Both the position numbers and the translations under genes were made by a program. Source: Saccharolobus solfataricus (GTDB lineage: Archaea; Thermoproteota; Thermoprotei_A; Sulfolobales; Sulfolobaceae). From it: a stretch of 32,000 nt of DNA. Shown here piece after piece: positions 1-8,073 of this stretch. The stretch spans positions 2,970,001 through 3,002,000 of the forward strand of contig NZ_LT549890.1 of the NCBI RefSeq assembly GCF_900079115.1, given 5' to 3'. Numbering within the stretch: the first letter of the stretch is position 1; the number at the start of each line of letters is the position of its first letter. Under the pieces are notes generated by a model. That model was not told the DNA's origin. It ran no database searches and saw only the letters and a list, made by a program, of their open reading frames with translations.

Positions 1-340
1 GAGAGAGTGCGGAGAGTAAAGCACCTACTGTCATTAAAATTGCCTCAACCCCATATATTGCCTTCCTTCCTATTTTGTCACCTAGAAAACCAAATACTAA
101 TTGCCCGATTATTGCAGCCCATAATGCTGAAGACGCTAAAAGACCTTCTGTTACGCTATTAAGTGGGAAATTAGGGTCATGTAACTGTAATAAAACATCT
201 AGAATCGCACTTATTATGAATAAATCATAGGCATCAGTAAAAAATCCCATACCTGAAGTATACCAGACTTTTATATGATTGAAAGTTAACTTCAACGAAT
301 CTATAGATCCAAAGGGTGTTTTTGAAATTCCTTTATCCAT
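1..340 (-). CDS. MFS transporter, Pho84/PHS-like, N-terminal part only (3' end runs off the window)
   Basis: Not in the ORF track. My reverse-complement translation from ATG at 340-338 has no stops: MDKGISKTPFGSIDSLKLTFNHIKVWYTSGMGFFTDAYDLFIISAILDVLL...GFLGDKIGRKAIYGVEAILMTVGALLSALS. GMGFFTDAYDLF and the loop 2-3 motif G-x-L-x-D-K-x-G-R-K are typical of MFS phosphate/metabolite:H+ symporters. Confidence 0.8.
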   Translation of the reverse strand, partial: MDKGISKTPFGSIDSLKLTFNHIKVWYTSGMGFFTDAYDLFIISAILDVLLQLHDPNFPLNSVTEGLLASSALWAAIIGQLVFGFLGDKIGRKAIYGVEAILMTVGALLSALS

Positions 341-471
341 TCTCCTTCATGCTTCTATAGGCTTCTTCTATTATATACTTTACCTATAAAATAAATATAA
401 TCTATTGTCAACTATAGAATCTATATAGTACCCTTCTTTGCTTAAATATTAGTAAGCAAAATTAAAAATCT

Positions 472-1632
472 CTAGCGGAATATCTTATTTATAAGCAAAA
501 TTAGAATAGTTAATAGAGAAGATATAATAGCTGCAAAAAGGAACGGTATGGGGTTTATACTTAGCGATAAGGATCGAGGCAAAGCAAAATAATATCCCTT
601 GTCGAAAGTTATGAAGTATGTAGATCCCTTAGTAGTCACATATGGAGCATTAAACAGATTATAGTGCCCGCTGAAGCGATAAATTCCGGGATTGTTGACA
701 AAAATTGAGTAGCCTAAGAAGAATTTGCCTTGCATAAAAATGAAACTAGGTTCTTCTATTGTTACATCGTGAATTGGCATATAAGTTATACTTTTGTTAA
801 CTATTATTAACGCAGCGGTTGAGTTAACAATTACAAGCGATAAATTGTCTTCGATTAACGAGGATAACGCTATAAATGGCGTTTCTACTCCTTTAGTAGT
901 TATTACAAGATTTTTGACAATTTCAACAGCAGGATATACTCGTTGATTCGAGATATTATAGACGTAAAATGTAAGATTGTTAAAATGTACTAATCCAACC
1001 TCTAAGACAGTTATACCATTAATGCCTCTAATTATGTCAATTTGACCTTCCGAGGAGTTAAATACCGTGACCGGTGCGTAAGTGTAGTTGTAAGTGAGTA
1101 TATAATATGAGGGATAAGAGAAAAAAGACGGTAGAGTGGTGTTTAGCTTTATTGTTTTTAAGATTTCAGTCTTAAAAATATATAAATTACTGATTTCTCC
1201 ATTATGGAGAACAACTTCTTCTCCCATTGGTATTATTGTATTTAAAGGAATTGGATTAGGATAGTTCATTACCCATATTGTTAAATTCAGAGGATTCATA
1301 TAAGGGATAAGAAATGACGCAGTAAGACCATTTGTTTCGAAACCACTCCATATTAAATAATTGCCTACAAATATTGAGAATATATTAGGTAAGTTTGTCG
1401 AAATATCCAAAGTCCAATTTGGGAAATATGATATCTGGAGTATATAATTAACTGAAGTTATATTTATTGGAGTTAGCTTCTCTTGTATAAGGTATGAGGA
1501 ATTGGAATAAGAGTAAAGGATCTCTGAGCCGTGAATTTGATACGAAGAATAGTTAACTATAACAACATTACCATGTGACATTAAAGGCGTAAGGAAAAGA
1601 AGAGTTAACGTGAGTAGTGATAATCTTCTCAT
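472..1632 (-). CDS. Secreted, C-terminally membrane-anchored glycoprotein of unknown function
   Basis: N-terminal signal peptide (MRRLSLLTLTLLFLTPLMSHG). Single C-terminal TM segment (PIPFLFAAIISSLLTILILLI) followed by NKIFR. 13 N-x-S/T sequons by my count. Beta-rich, Asn/Tyr/Ile-rich composition typical of Sulfolobales surface proteins. No family recognised. Confidence 0.75.
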   Translation of the reverse strand: MRRLSLLTLTLLFLTPLMSHGNVVIVNYSSYQIHGSEILYSYSNSSYLIQEKLTPINITSVNYILQISYFPNWTLDISTNLPNIFSIFVGNYLIWSGFETNGLTASFLIPYMNPLNLTIWVMNYPNPIPLNTIIPMGEEVVLHNGEISNLYIFKTEILKTIKLNTTLPSFFSYPSYYILTYNYTYAPVTVFNSSEGQIDIIRGINGITVLEVGLVHFNNLTFYVYNISNQRVYPAVEIVKNLVITTKGVETPFIALSSLIEDNLSLVIVNSTAALIIVNKSITYMPIHDVTIEEPSFIFMQGKFFLGYSIFVNNPGIYRFSGHYNLFNAPYVTTKGSTYFITFDKGYYFALPRSLSLSINPIPFLFAAIISSLLTILILLINKIFR

Positions 1633-1685
1633 AATACCTATATTGGGCTAAATATTTTAAACGTTATGAGTAAAAGAGTAATACC
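1633..1685. promoter_or_regulatory. 53-bp divergent control region with a single central TATA-like element AAATATTTTAAA (1650-1661)
   Basis: The AT-rich element is centred about 24 nt from the minus-strand ATG (1632) and about 30 nt from the plus-strand ATG (1686). That spacing fits leaderless or near-leaderless archaeal promoters in both directions. Confidence 0.4.
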
Positions 1686-3593
1686 ATGAAGATTAATCTG
1701 TTACAATACATTGCTGGATTTCTAGGATTTATAGCATTATTTTACGGAATTTTCTCTTTAATTAGGGAATATCATTTTCTTGAAATCAAGTCCTTAGAAG
1801 TATTTGTATTAATCTTTTTTGGTTTTTTTGCCATCACATACGCGTTTACCGACAGAATTATGATAGAAAAACCATTTGCACTAACATTCGCCGTCATATT
1901 GTTCTACCTATCCCTTATTACTCCTTTACCTCTTACAAATAAAATACTATTAATTACTGGAGGGATCATTGAGACTCAATTGGCTTCAAGAAAAGGAGTA
2001 AAAGGAACTGTGTATATAATACTCGGCATTTTAACACTAATTTACTTCGTATATGCGCATTTCATTAACTTATCATCTATTCTTTCCTTGATTGGAATTG
2101 GATTGTCCTCCCTTATCATAGTATTAGGTAACAGAGATAGAAAAGTGAAAGGTATCTCATATCTTACTTATCCAGTAGGTATTCCGTTAGTAGTTTACGG
2201 TATTAATGGATTCTTTCCTTTATCAATAAATCCCATATTCATTATAGTAGGATTAGCCATAGTATTACTAAACTTACTTCCGAGCAAAGGAATACCTAGT
2301 AGTGATTATGACCTAAAACTTGACCAGAAATTATGTAATGATATTCAAAGAAGTGAGTGTAAGGATGTTATTCAAATTTACAAAAAATATATGGTTTACA
2401 TTCCACAACATTGTTTAGACAAAGTGGTATTATGCACTATAAACCAGAATGATATGCAAAATTTTAATCTAGTTATAAATAATAGCCTAGCTCGAAGTGT
2501 TGCTGAAAGGTATGTAGATAAAATGTCACCAGAGATGTTATATTCGTTAGCGTTATTATCGAGCAGAAAGAAAGAGCTATTAGAATTAGCATGTAAAAAG
2601 GGGTATAAGAAAGCTTGTGAGCAGACTAAACCAATTTTAGATATGAAGAACTGGGATCCTAAAGTATGGGTAGGAAAGGAGATATATAATTATAATATTG
2701 TTGACATAATTGGAGTTGGTGGTACAAGCTATATACTAAAAGGTGAAAAGGATGGGAATTTTTATGCTCTCAAGATACCGTTAATAAATTACTTAAACAA
2801 TGTAATGGATTTAGTCGGTGAATCGTCCAAATTAATTGAACTTTCTAACAAATCTCCCTACATAGTTAGATTATACGCAATATATGCTGATCAGCTTGAT
2901 GTAAAAGAAATCTTAGGAGGAAATCCAGAAATTTACTATAATAAACCACCAATGTTGGTTATTGAATTGATGAAAGGTGGATCTATAAACGATGTAATAA
3001 ACGTTAAAGAGTTAGTAAAAAGTGAATATTGGAAGAAAATAGTGTTTATTACTACAGCTAGGATTGCTGAAGCACTAGAGACTATACATTCTGAGGGATA
3101 TGTTCACTGTGATGTAAAACCTCAAAATGTATTATTTAACGAAAAATTACCTCCAAATGCCAGGTTAGCCTATGATAACCTCAAGAATGGAAAGATAATA
3201 GTAAAGTTGGCGGATTTAGGTTCTGCAGTAAAGGCCGGGGAAAAGCCATTTAGCTATACCCCTGCGTATGTATCATTCGACCTTGTTAAGTCTACTGCAT
3301 TTGGAGGGGTTTCTCCAATGGCCGATATATACGCATTAGGCGCTACAGTGTACAAATTACTAACTGGCGTAACATTAAATACCAACGTTATGATTGAGGC
3401 TATGGATAAATTTGAAGCTAATAAGGATATTAGATACTTAGACAATTCTTTATATAGTACGAGAAACTTGGATTTGTTAAGAAAATACGTGGATAAAAAT
3501 ACTTATCTCTTCATATCAAAAATGGTAGATCCGGATCCTAATAAAAGACCAACTAGTAAGGAAATAAAGGAGTTTTTCTACTTTAGAGTATAA
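1686..3593 (+). CDS. Membrane-integral Hanks-type Ser/Thr protein kinase (polytopic N-terminal domain + Cys-rich linker + C-terminal kinase domain)
   Basis: About 7-8 hydrophobic helices in aa 1-200. Linker aa 200-320 has 6 Cys. Kinase domain from aa 331 (nt 2676): G-loop IGVGGTSY, Lys in YALKIP, catalytic loop HCDVKPQN (nt 3105 onward; non-RD), DLG (LADLGSA), DIYALGATVYKLLTG, DPDPNKRP. From memory this position relative to the ED cluster matches sso3182 of strain P2 (unverified). Confidence 0.9.
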   Translation: MKINLLQYIAGFLGFIALFYGIFSLIREYHFLEIKSLEVFVLIFFGFFAITYAFTDRIMIEKPFALTFAVILFYLSLITPLPLTNKILLITGGIIETQLASRKGVKGTVYIILGILTLIYFVYAHFINLSSILSLIGIGLSSLIIVLGNRDRKVKGISYLTYPVGIPLVVYGINGFFPLSINPIFIIVGLAIVLLNLLPSKGIPSSDYDLKLDQKLCNDIQRSECKDVIQIYKKYMVYIPQHCLDKVVLCTINQNDMQNFNLVINNSLARSVAERYVDKMSPEMLYSLALLSSRKKELLELACKKGYKKACEQTKPILDMKNWDPKVWVGKEIYNYNIVDIIGVGGTSYILKGEKDGNFYALKIPLINYLNNVMDLVGESSKLIELSNKSPYIVRLYAIYADQLDVKEILGGNPEIYYNKPPMLVIELMKGGSINDVINVKELVKSEYWKKIVFITTARIAEALETIHSEGYVHCDVKPQNVLFNEKLPPNARLAYDNLKNGKIIVKLADLGSAVKAGEKPFSYTPAYVSFDLVKSTAFGGVSPMADIYALGATVYKLLTGVTLNTNVMIEAMDKFEANKDIRYLDNSLYSTRNLDLLRKYVDKNTYLFISKMVDPDPNKRPTSKEIKEFFYFRV

Positions 3594-3611
3594 ATACTGT
3601 TATTGAGGAGC

Positions 3612-4004
3612 TCATTTAACGACTAAAACTGGAACATTGGACTTTGATACTAAAGCACTCGAAACGCTCCCTAATATCGCCTTCTTAATTCCAGTAAGTC
3701 CTCTACTACCAGTTACTATGAGACCACATCCTATATTATTACAATACTGTAATATCGAGTCGGCTACCTCATTACTCTCCAAAATTTTTTGCACTATTTT
3801 ATAATCACCAAGTTCATTTACTACCTCATCTTGCATCTGCTTCGCTCTTTGCTCACTTTGTATTATAACTTGTTCTGGACTTCTGGGTGCTTCCTTTACT
3901 ATTGTAACTAGGTGTATTTCGTCTTCCTTCTTAATTAGATTTAGTGTGAAAAATAAGGCCTTTTTAGCGTGATCTGAACCATCATAACCTATAACTACTT
4001 TCAT
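3612..4004 (-). CDS. Universal stress protein (UspA family)
   Basis: MKVVIGYDGSDHAKKAL... and C-terminal ATP-binding motif GSRGLTGIKKAILGSVSSALVSKSNVPVLVV (G-2x-G-9x-G-S). Confidence 0.9.
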   Translation of the reverse strand: MKVVIGYDGSDHAKKALFFTLNLIKKEDEIHLVTIVKEAPRSPEQVIIQSEQRAKQMQDEVVNELGDYKIVQKILESNEVADSILQYCNNIGCGLIVTGSRGLTGIKKAILGSVSSALVSKSNVPVLVVK

Positions 4005-4102
4005 ATAAATAATTCTCTATGTACAGTATTTTAAAATTTCTATCGTGGATATTAAAAAGTTTATAAAAATAAGACGGATAAACAAACCGTTAAGGAAATA
4101 CA

Positions 4103-5503
4103 TTAATGAGCATTTACGGCTTTTATCTTTTTGAGGTATTCATCTATAGTTACTACATTATTATTCTCATCAACCACTAGTGTTCCCGGGAACCCCTTTC
4201 TAGCTTTCAATACATACCATGAAACCACAATACTAGCAAATACAGTGATCATTAAAAGCTGAACAATATCCATTTGCAGTATAGATTGGGCATCCCCCCA
4301 AGAGTTTATTATAGTTGCTATAAGGGGTATCACTACATTACCTATTCCCAAACTATTTATTCTCCAGTAGAAGATTGGGGCTCCAAAGCCATCTAATATT
4401 CTACCTAGGAGCCACAACACTCCCTCAACTGCAGCTACTTCAGTAAAAGCTCCGGTGATACCCAATACTGAAACAGATAATACTGTAATTATGGCTGTTG
4501 AAATACCGATTACTGCAGTTGCGACCAATGGTTCTCCACTTCTATTAACTTTTGTAAAAATCTTAGGTGCTGCATTTTCCCTTGCTAGATTAAAAAGGAT
4601 TCTAGCTGCACCTATCGTGGTCCCTATATTAGATGCTAACAAACTATTAATTGATAGTGTTAATGATATATAAAGCGCAATTATTCCATATTGTATCATT
4701 TCTACGAATAATGGTTGATTCGAATTAGCCAAACCACTTATCGTGCCAGGCCACAATACTATCATAGCGTAAGTTCCTAAAAACATGGAGACACCGCCTA
4801 TAATTAGGGCTAGCCACATCCCCTTAGATATATTCTCATGAGGCTTCTTCGTCTCTTCACCTAGGTAAGTCGCAGCTCCAGCCCCGGATATACTTACGGT
4901 AGTTAATACATATGCCGTAGCCAAATCTCCGAAATTCTTAAATTTTGGTACGAAATAATCGAAATGAATACCCTTACTTAACGATAAGAAGAATAACGAA
5001 ATTAATAACGCTGCTTCAGCTGTAGCACTTATGGTTACAACGTATCCAAGTAATTTTTTAACGTGTGTAAATGAAATTAATGTAGGATAAGCTATACTGA
5101 AGCCAATAACAAAATAAATTACATAATTTGGAATCACGACTCCTAAAATGTCAGATAATGCTGATAATATTGTATAAACCGCGATTACGTTAACAACGTT
5201 TAAAAGAGTATAGGCTACCAGTTCAGTAAGTGCTTCCAAAAATGCAAGTTTTTTACTTCTCCACGCTCCATAATTTAAGTTATAATATCCTCCAGCAGAA
5301 GCTAACTTTTTAGTATACATCGACAAGGTATAAATCCATAAGGCACTTGTTATTAAGGATAAAAACGTGGTGAATATAACTGAAGATCCAGCGTATAATA
5401 TTGCAGCTGTAGTTGTAGAAACTACACTACCTAAGGGTGCCGTAACTGCCATTGCTTGAGCGTAAGTCTCCTTGAACGATAGAACAGCTCTCTTGAGTTC
5501 CAT
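4103..5503 (-). CDS. APC-superfamily amino acid/polyamine permease
   Basis: 466 aa with about 12 hydrophobic segments. The N-terminus (KETYAQAMAVTAPLGSVVS) and overall organisation are typical of archaeal APC permeases. Confidence 0.8.
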   Translation of the reverse strand: MELKRAVLSFKETYAQAMAVTAPLGSVVSTTTAAILYAGSSVIFTTFLSLITSALWIYTLSMYTKKLASAGGYYNLNYGAWRSKKLAFLEALTELVAYTLLNVVNVIAVYTILSALSDILGVVIPNYVIYFVIGFSIAYPTLISFTHVKKLLGYVVTISATAEAALLISLFFLSLSKGIHFDYFVPKFKNFGDLATAYVLTTVSISGAGAATYLGEETKKPHENISKGMWLALIIGGVSMFLGTYAMIVLWPGTISGLANSNQPLFVEMIQYGIIALYISLTLSINSLLASNIGTTIGAARILFNLARENAAPKIFTKVNRSGEPLVATAVIGISTAIITVLSVSVLGITGAFTEVAAVEGVLWLLGRILDGFGAPIFYWRINSLGIGNVVIPLIATIINSWGDAQSILQMDIVQLLMITVFASIVVSWYVLKARKGFPGTLVVDENNNVVTIDEYLKKIKAVNAH

Positions 5504-5698
5504 GATATCTCCCTTTAAGCTTTACTATCCTAAAAGTTTAAAAAGTTTCCCTAAATTAGGGCAGAGAGTTTCATGAAAGCTTAAAAGACTTTCCCTTAAA
5601 CAATTTAAAAAGTGGCTTATAGGTTAACGAAAAAATATTCAAATATACCATCATCAATTCTATCAAATACGTTTTACAAAAGATTATAAAGGGAAAAA

Positions 5699-6016
5699 TT
5701 ATTTATTTATTTTCACAACTAACTCTAGATTTTTCTTTAAATCTTCAAATCGTATTTTCATTTCAGGAGGCATCGGTTTCTTAGGAGAAATAGAATTTAT
5801 AATCTCTAGAGATTTCCTAACTTTCTCTACAGCAACATTCTCATTTTTGTAAGCATCATAATATGCCTCTCTGATTAGCCTAATGGCTTCCCTCCACTTC
5901 TTTAGGTCGTCCTCTGTCAATATCCCTTCCTTAATGTGATACATCTTTATATCATCTTCAACTAATGGTGCTTCATTATTTAGAACCTTCCATAAAACAT
6001 TCTTCACATCTTCCAT
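5699..6016 (-). CDS. Small helical hypothetical protein (105 aa)
   Basis: Intact ORF, charged and helical (Lys/Glu-rich), 37 nt downstream of the preceding same-strand gene. No family recognised. Confidence 0.55.
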   Translation of the reverse strand: MEDVKNVLWKVLNNEAPLVEDDIKMYHIKEGILTEDDLKKWREAIRLIREAYYDAYKNENVAVEKVRKSLEIINSISPKKPMPPEMKIRFEDLKKNLELVVKINK

Positions 6017-6053
6017 ACGTTATAATCTAAAATAAAAAGAGGATTAAAAAGTC

Positions 6054-6545
6054 TCATGTGTATTTTAATGAAGTTTGCTGTTGAGGTTCATAAGGACCAA
6101 ATCTTTGGGTGAATTTCAACATTATGCTAACTCCAGCATTTCTCACGTTTAATAGAGTATTGATAAATTCGTTTGCAGTTAAGCCGTCTATAAATATTGG
6201 TTTAGATACTTGAATAACATTAGGAATCTCTTGATTTGGAGGCAATGCTACGAAATCCACTCCATAGCGTAAAGCTTCCAGTTGTAAATCTATTATAAAT
6301 TTGATTCTTTCCTCTCTATTTAGAGCCATCAAAGCACTGACATGAGTTGGGTGTATTCCTATTCCCATCGCTATAATATAAAATTTTGAACTATCATTTA
6401 CTCTCACTACACTAATAGTAGGCCCACCCTGCGGAGGAGTAGCAACGACATGAAAGAATTCTTTAGCTTGGGGTGGCCTACTCGCAACTAGTCCTAATTC
6501 CCTTAACCAGTCCTCTATTTGTTTATCTACCGATTTATCAAACAT
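6054..6545 (-). CDS. Conserved archaeal hypothetical protein (possibly DUF2299 / YbjN-like fold)
   Basis: 163-aa ORF whose ATG overlaps the stop of the upstream dehydrogenase gene (ATGTTTGA, 6538-6545). The family assignment is from memory of the general sequence style only. Confidence 0.6.
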   Translation of the reverse strand: MFDKSVDKQIEDWLRELGLVASRPPQAKEFFHVVATPPQGGPTISVVRVNDSSKFYIIAMGIGIHPTHVSALMALNREERIKFIIDLQLEALRYGVDFVALPPNQEIPNVIQVSKPIFIDGLTANEFINTLLNVRNAGVSIMLKFTQRFGPYEPQQQTSLKYT

Positions 6546-7440
6546 AATCTTCCCTTCTTACTTCATTATCTGCAATTCCCCTATCTATATATTTTTTCAC
6601 ATTTAAACAAGCTATGAGCATTGCCCTCTTCATTATACTCTCATTGCCATAAGCCCCAGCGGTGTGTAGAGTTCCAGTAAAGTTATCTAATTCCCAAAGC
6701 TTCGTATTATAGAAATCCTCCTTACCGTTTTTTCTCCAAAACACATCAGTCCCAAACCTTACGTCTTGCCTCTCCTTAAGTAACTTATAAATACCTTCTT
6801 CATCCACAGTCTCACCTCTCCCAACATTAACAATTATGGCATTACGCCTTATATCTTTAAGTAGATCATAACTTAAAAGACCCCTAGTTTGTTTGTTTAG
6901 AGGTAGCGTATCTACAATTATATCAGCCTCTCCAATTTTCTCCCTTAGCATAGTCATTCCATGCCTTTCGTCAAACCATTCAGGTTTCTTGAAAGATCTG
7001 GAAATACCTATTACGTAATTCCTAAATGCTGTTTTACCTATCCTTGCTACTTCAGATCCTATCCCCCCACCACCTAAAATCAACAACGTTTTTTCAGAAA
7101 CATCATAAACTATAGTCCTCTTTTTTGTTCCTACACCTTTGGCTGATGCTAAAATTAGAGCCCAAGCGTGTTCAGCTACAGACAAAGAGTAAGCACCCGC
7201 ATTTGAGAATACTTTAACATGAGAAGGAATTATAGAGAAGTCTAAATCATCAACTCCCGCCGAAAACGTTTGTATTACCTTAAGATTAGGCATCTTACCT
7301 ATCAGATCGTTATTTACTCTACCAGGCCACGTTAGCAAGATCTCTGCATTTTTATAATCCTCTTCCGTTATATTCTCATCTTTAACACTGATTATATTTT
7401 TACACTCATCCGGAACTTTTTCTGTAGATATTATCTTCAT
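6538..7440 (-). CDS. D-isomer-specific 2-hydroxyacid dehydrogenase (NAD(P)-dependent; glyoxylate/hydroxypyruvate reductase-like)
   Basis: Rossmann motif LGGGGIGSEVARIG. Catalytic-domain signatures VNVGRGETVDE and TLHTAG (Arg/Glu/His triad context). Confidence 0.85.
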   Translation of the reverse strand: MKIISTEKVPDECKNIISVKDENITEEDYKNAEILLTWPGRVNNDLIGKMPNLKVIQTFSAGVDDLDFSIIPSHVKVFSNAGAYSLSVAEHAWALILASAKGVGTKKRTIVYDVSEKTLLILGGGGIGSEVARIGKTAFRNYVIGISRSFKKPEWFDERHGMTMLREKIGEADIIVDTLPLNKQTRGLLSYDLLKDIRRNAIIVNVGRGETVDEEGIYKLLKERQDVRFGTDVFWRKNGKEDFYNTKLWELDNFTGTLHTAGAYGNESIMKRAMLIACLNVKKYIDRGIADNEVRREDYV

Positions 7441-7492
7441 AAACCCTACTTTACTTCATAGGTTTTAATCTTTTAATATAACAGAACACTTT

Positions 7493-7864
7493 TCAGAAAC
7501 CGTTAAGTTTCAGACTCTCTATTAGTTTTCTTCCCTCTTCAGTTATCTTGTATATATCGTCGATACGCTTTATTAATCCATTAGACTCCAATTTACTTAA
7601 ATACGTCCTAACAGATTTTCTACTTAGATTTAGCTTAGTAGATATATATTCTACTGTTAAGCCATCCTCTGCTTCTTGAACTAACTCTAGAATTTTTAGC
7701 AAGTTGTACCTACATTTTGCATCCATTATAAAATTGGAAGTTAAGGGGACATATACTAAAAATGGACAACTGGAGGGCCTGTAATTATGGTGTTTGGATA
7801 TTAACAAACCTATATGGAATAGAGTTATGCTTATGGCAAATACTACTGATTTTTTGATAATCAT
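7493..7864 (-). CDS. Small winged-helix transcriptional regulator; start codon uncertain (7864 or internal ATG at 7726)
   Basis: The C-terminal 77 aa (MDAKCRYNLLKILELVQEAEDGLTVEYISTKLNLSRKSVRTYLSKLESNGLIKRIDDIYKITEEGRKLIESL) form a classical wHTH. The 46-aa N-terminal extension is hydrophobic and may be a TM helix or non-coding. Confidence 0.7.
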   Translation of the reverse strand: MIIKKSVVFAISITLFHIGLLISKHHNYRPSSCPFLVYVPLTSNFIMDAKCRYNLLKILELVQEAEDGLTVEYISTKLNLSRKSVRTYLSKLESNGLIKRIDDIYKITEEGRKLIESLKLNGF

Positions 7865-8073
7865 CGCTAATATGAATAAAAGATAATATTTATCTCTTGT
7901 TCCCAGTTGTTTTGGCTCTTACATGGGACTGATCAACTAATTTTGAGCATAAAATTTATTAATTAGTATACTTCTAATGTCATTTACTTGTCTAAGTAAA
8001 TTATGAACGATTATCTAATCATACTTTTGCAATGGATAAGTAAATTTAAATAGGGGAATTTAGAAGATAGCGT

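Noticed and set aside
411-429. Near-palindromic ACTATAGAATCTATATAGT upstream of the MFS transporter gene
   Set aside because: The symmetry is imperfect and it lies in a very AT-rich promoter stretch. It cannot be distinguished from TATA-like sequence by eye.
3254-3445. Short ORFs nested antisense or out of frame inside long genes: 3254-3445, 4455-4673, 8229-8516, 8712-8939, 10336-10617, 12075-12305, 12319-12516, 14775-14978, 15779-16009, 16965-17204, 18565-18804, 18863-19114, 20117-20302, 21331-21525, 22248-22466, 22265-22462, 22920-23195, 26864-27049, 27150-27344, 28084-28332, 29491-29715, 30913-31107, 31528-31716
   Set aside because: All lie entirely within confidently assigned genes. Their low-complexity Leu/Ser/Ile-rich translations are typical of shadow frames, and they have no recognisable motifs.
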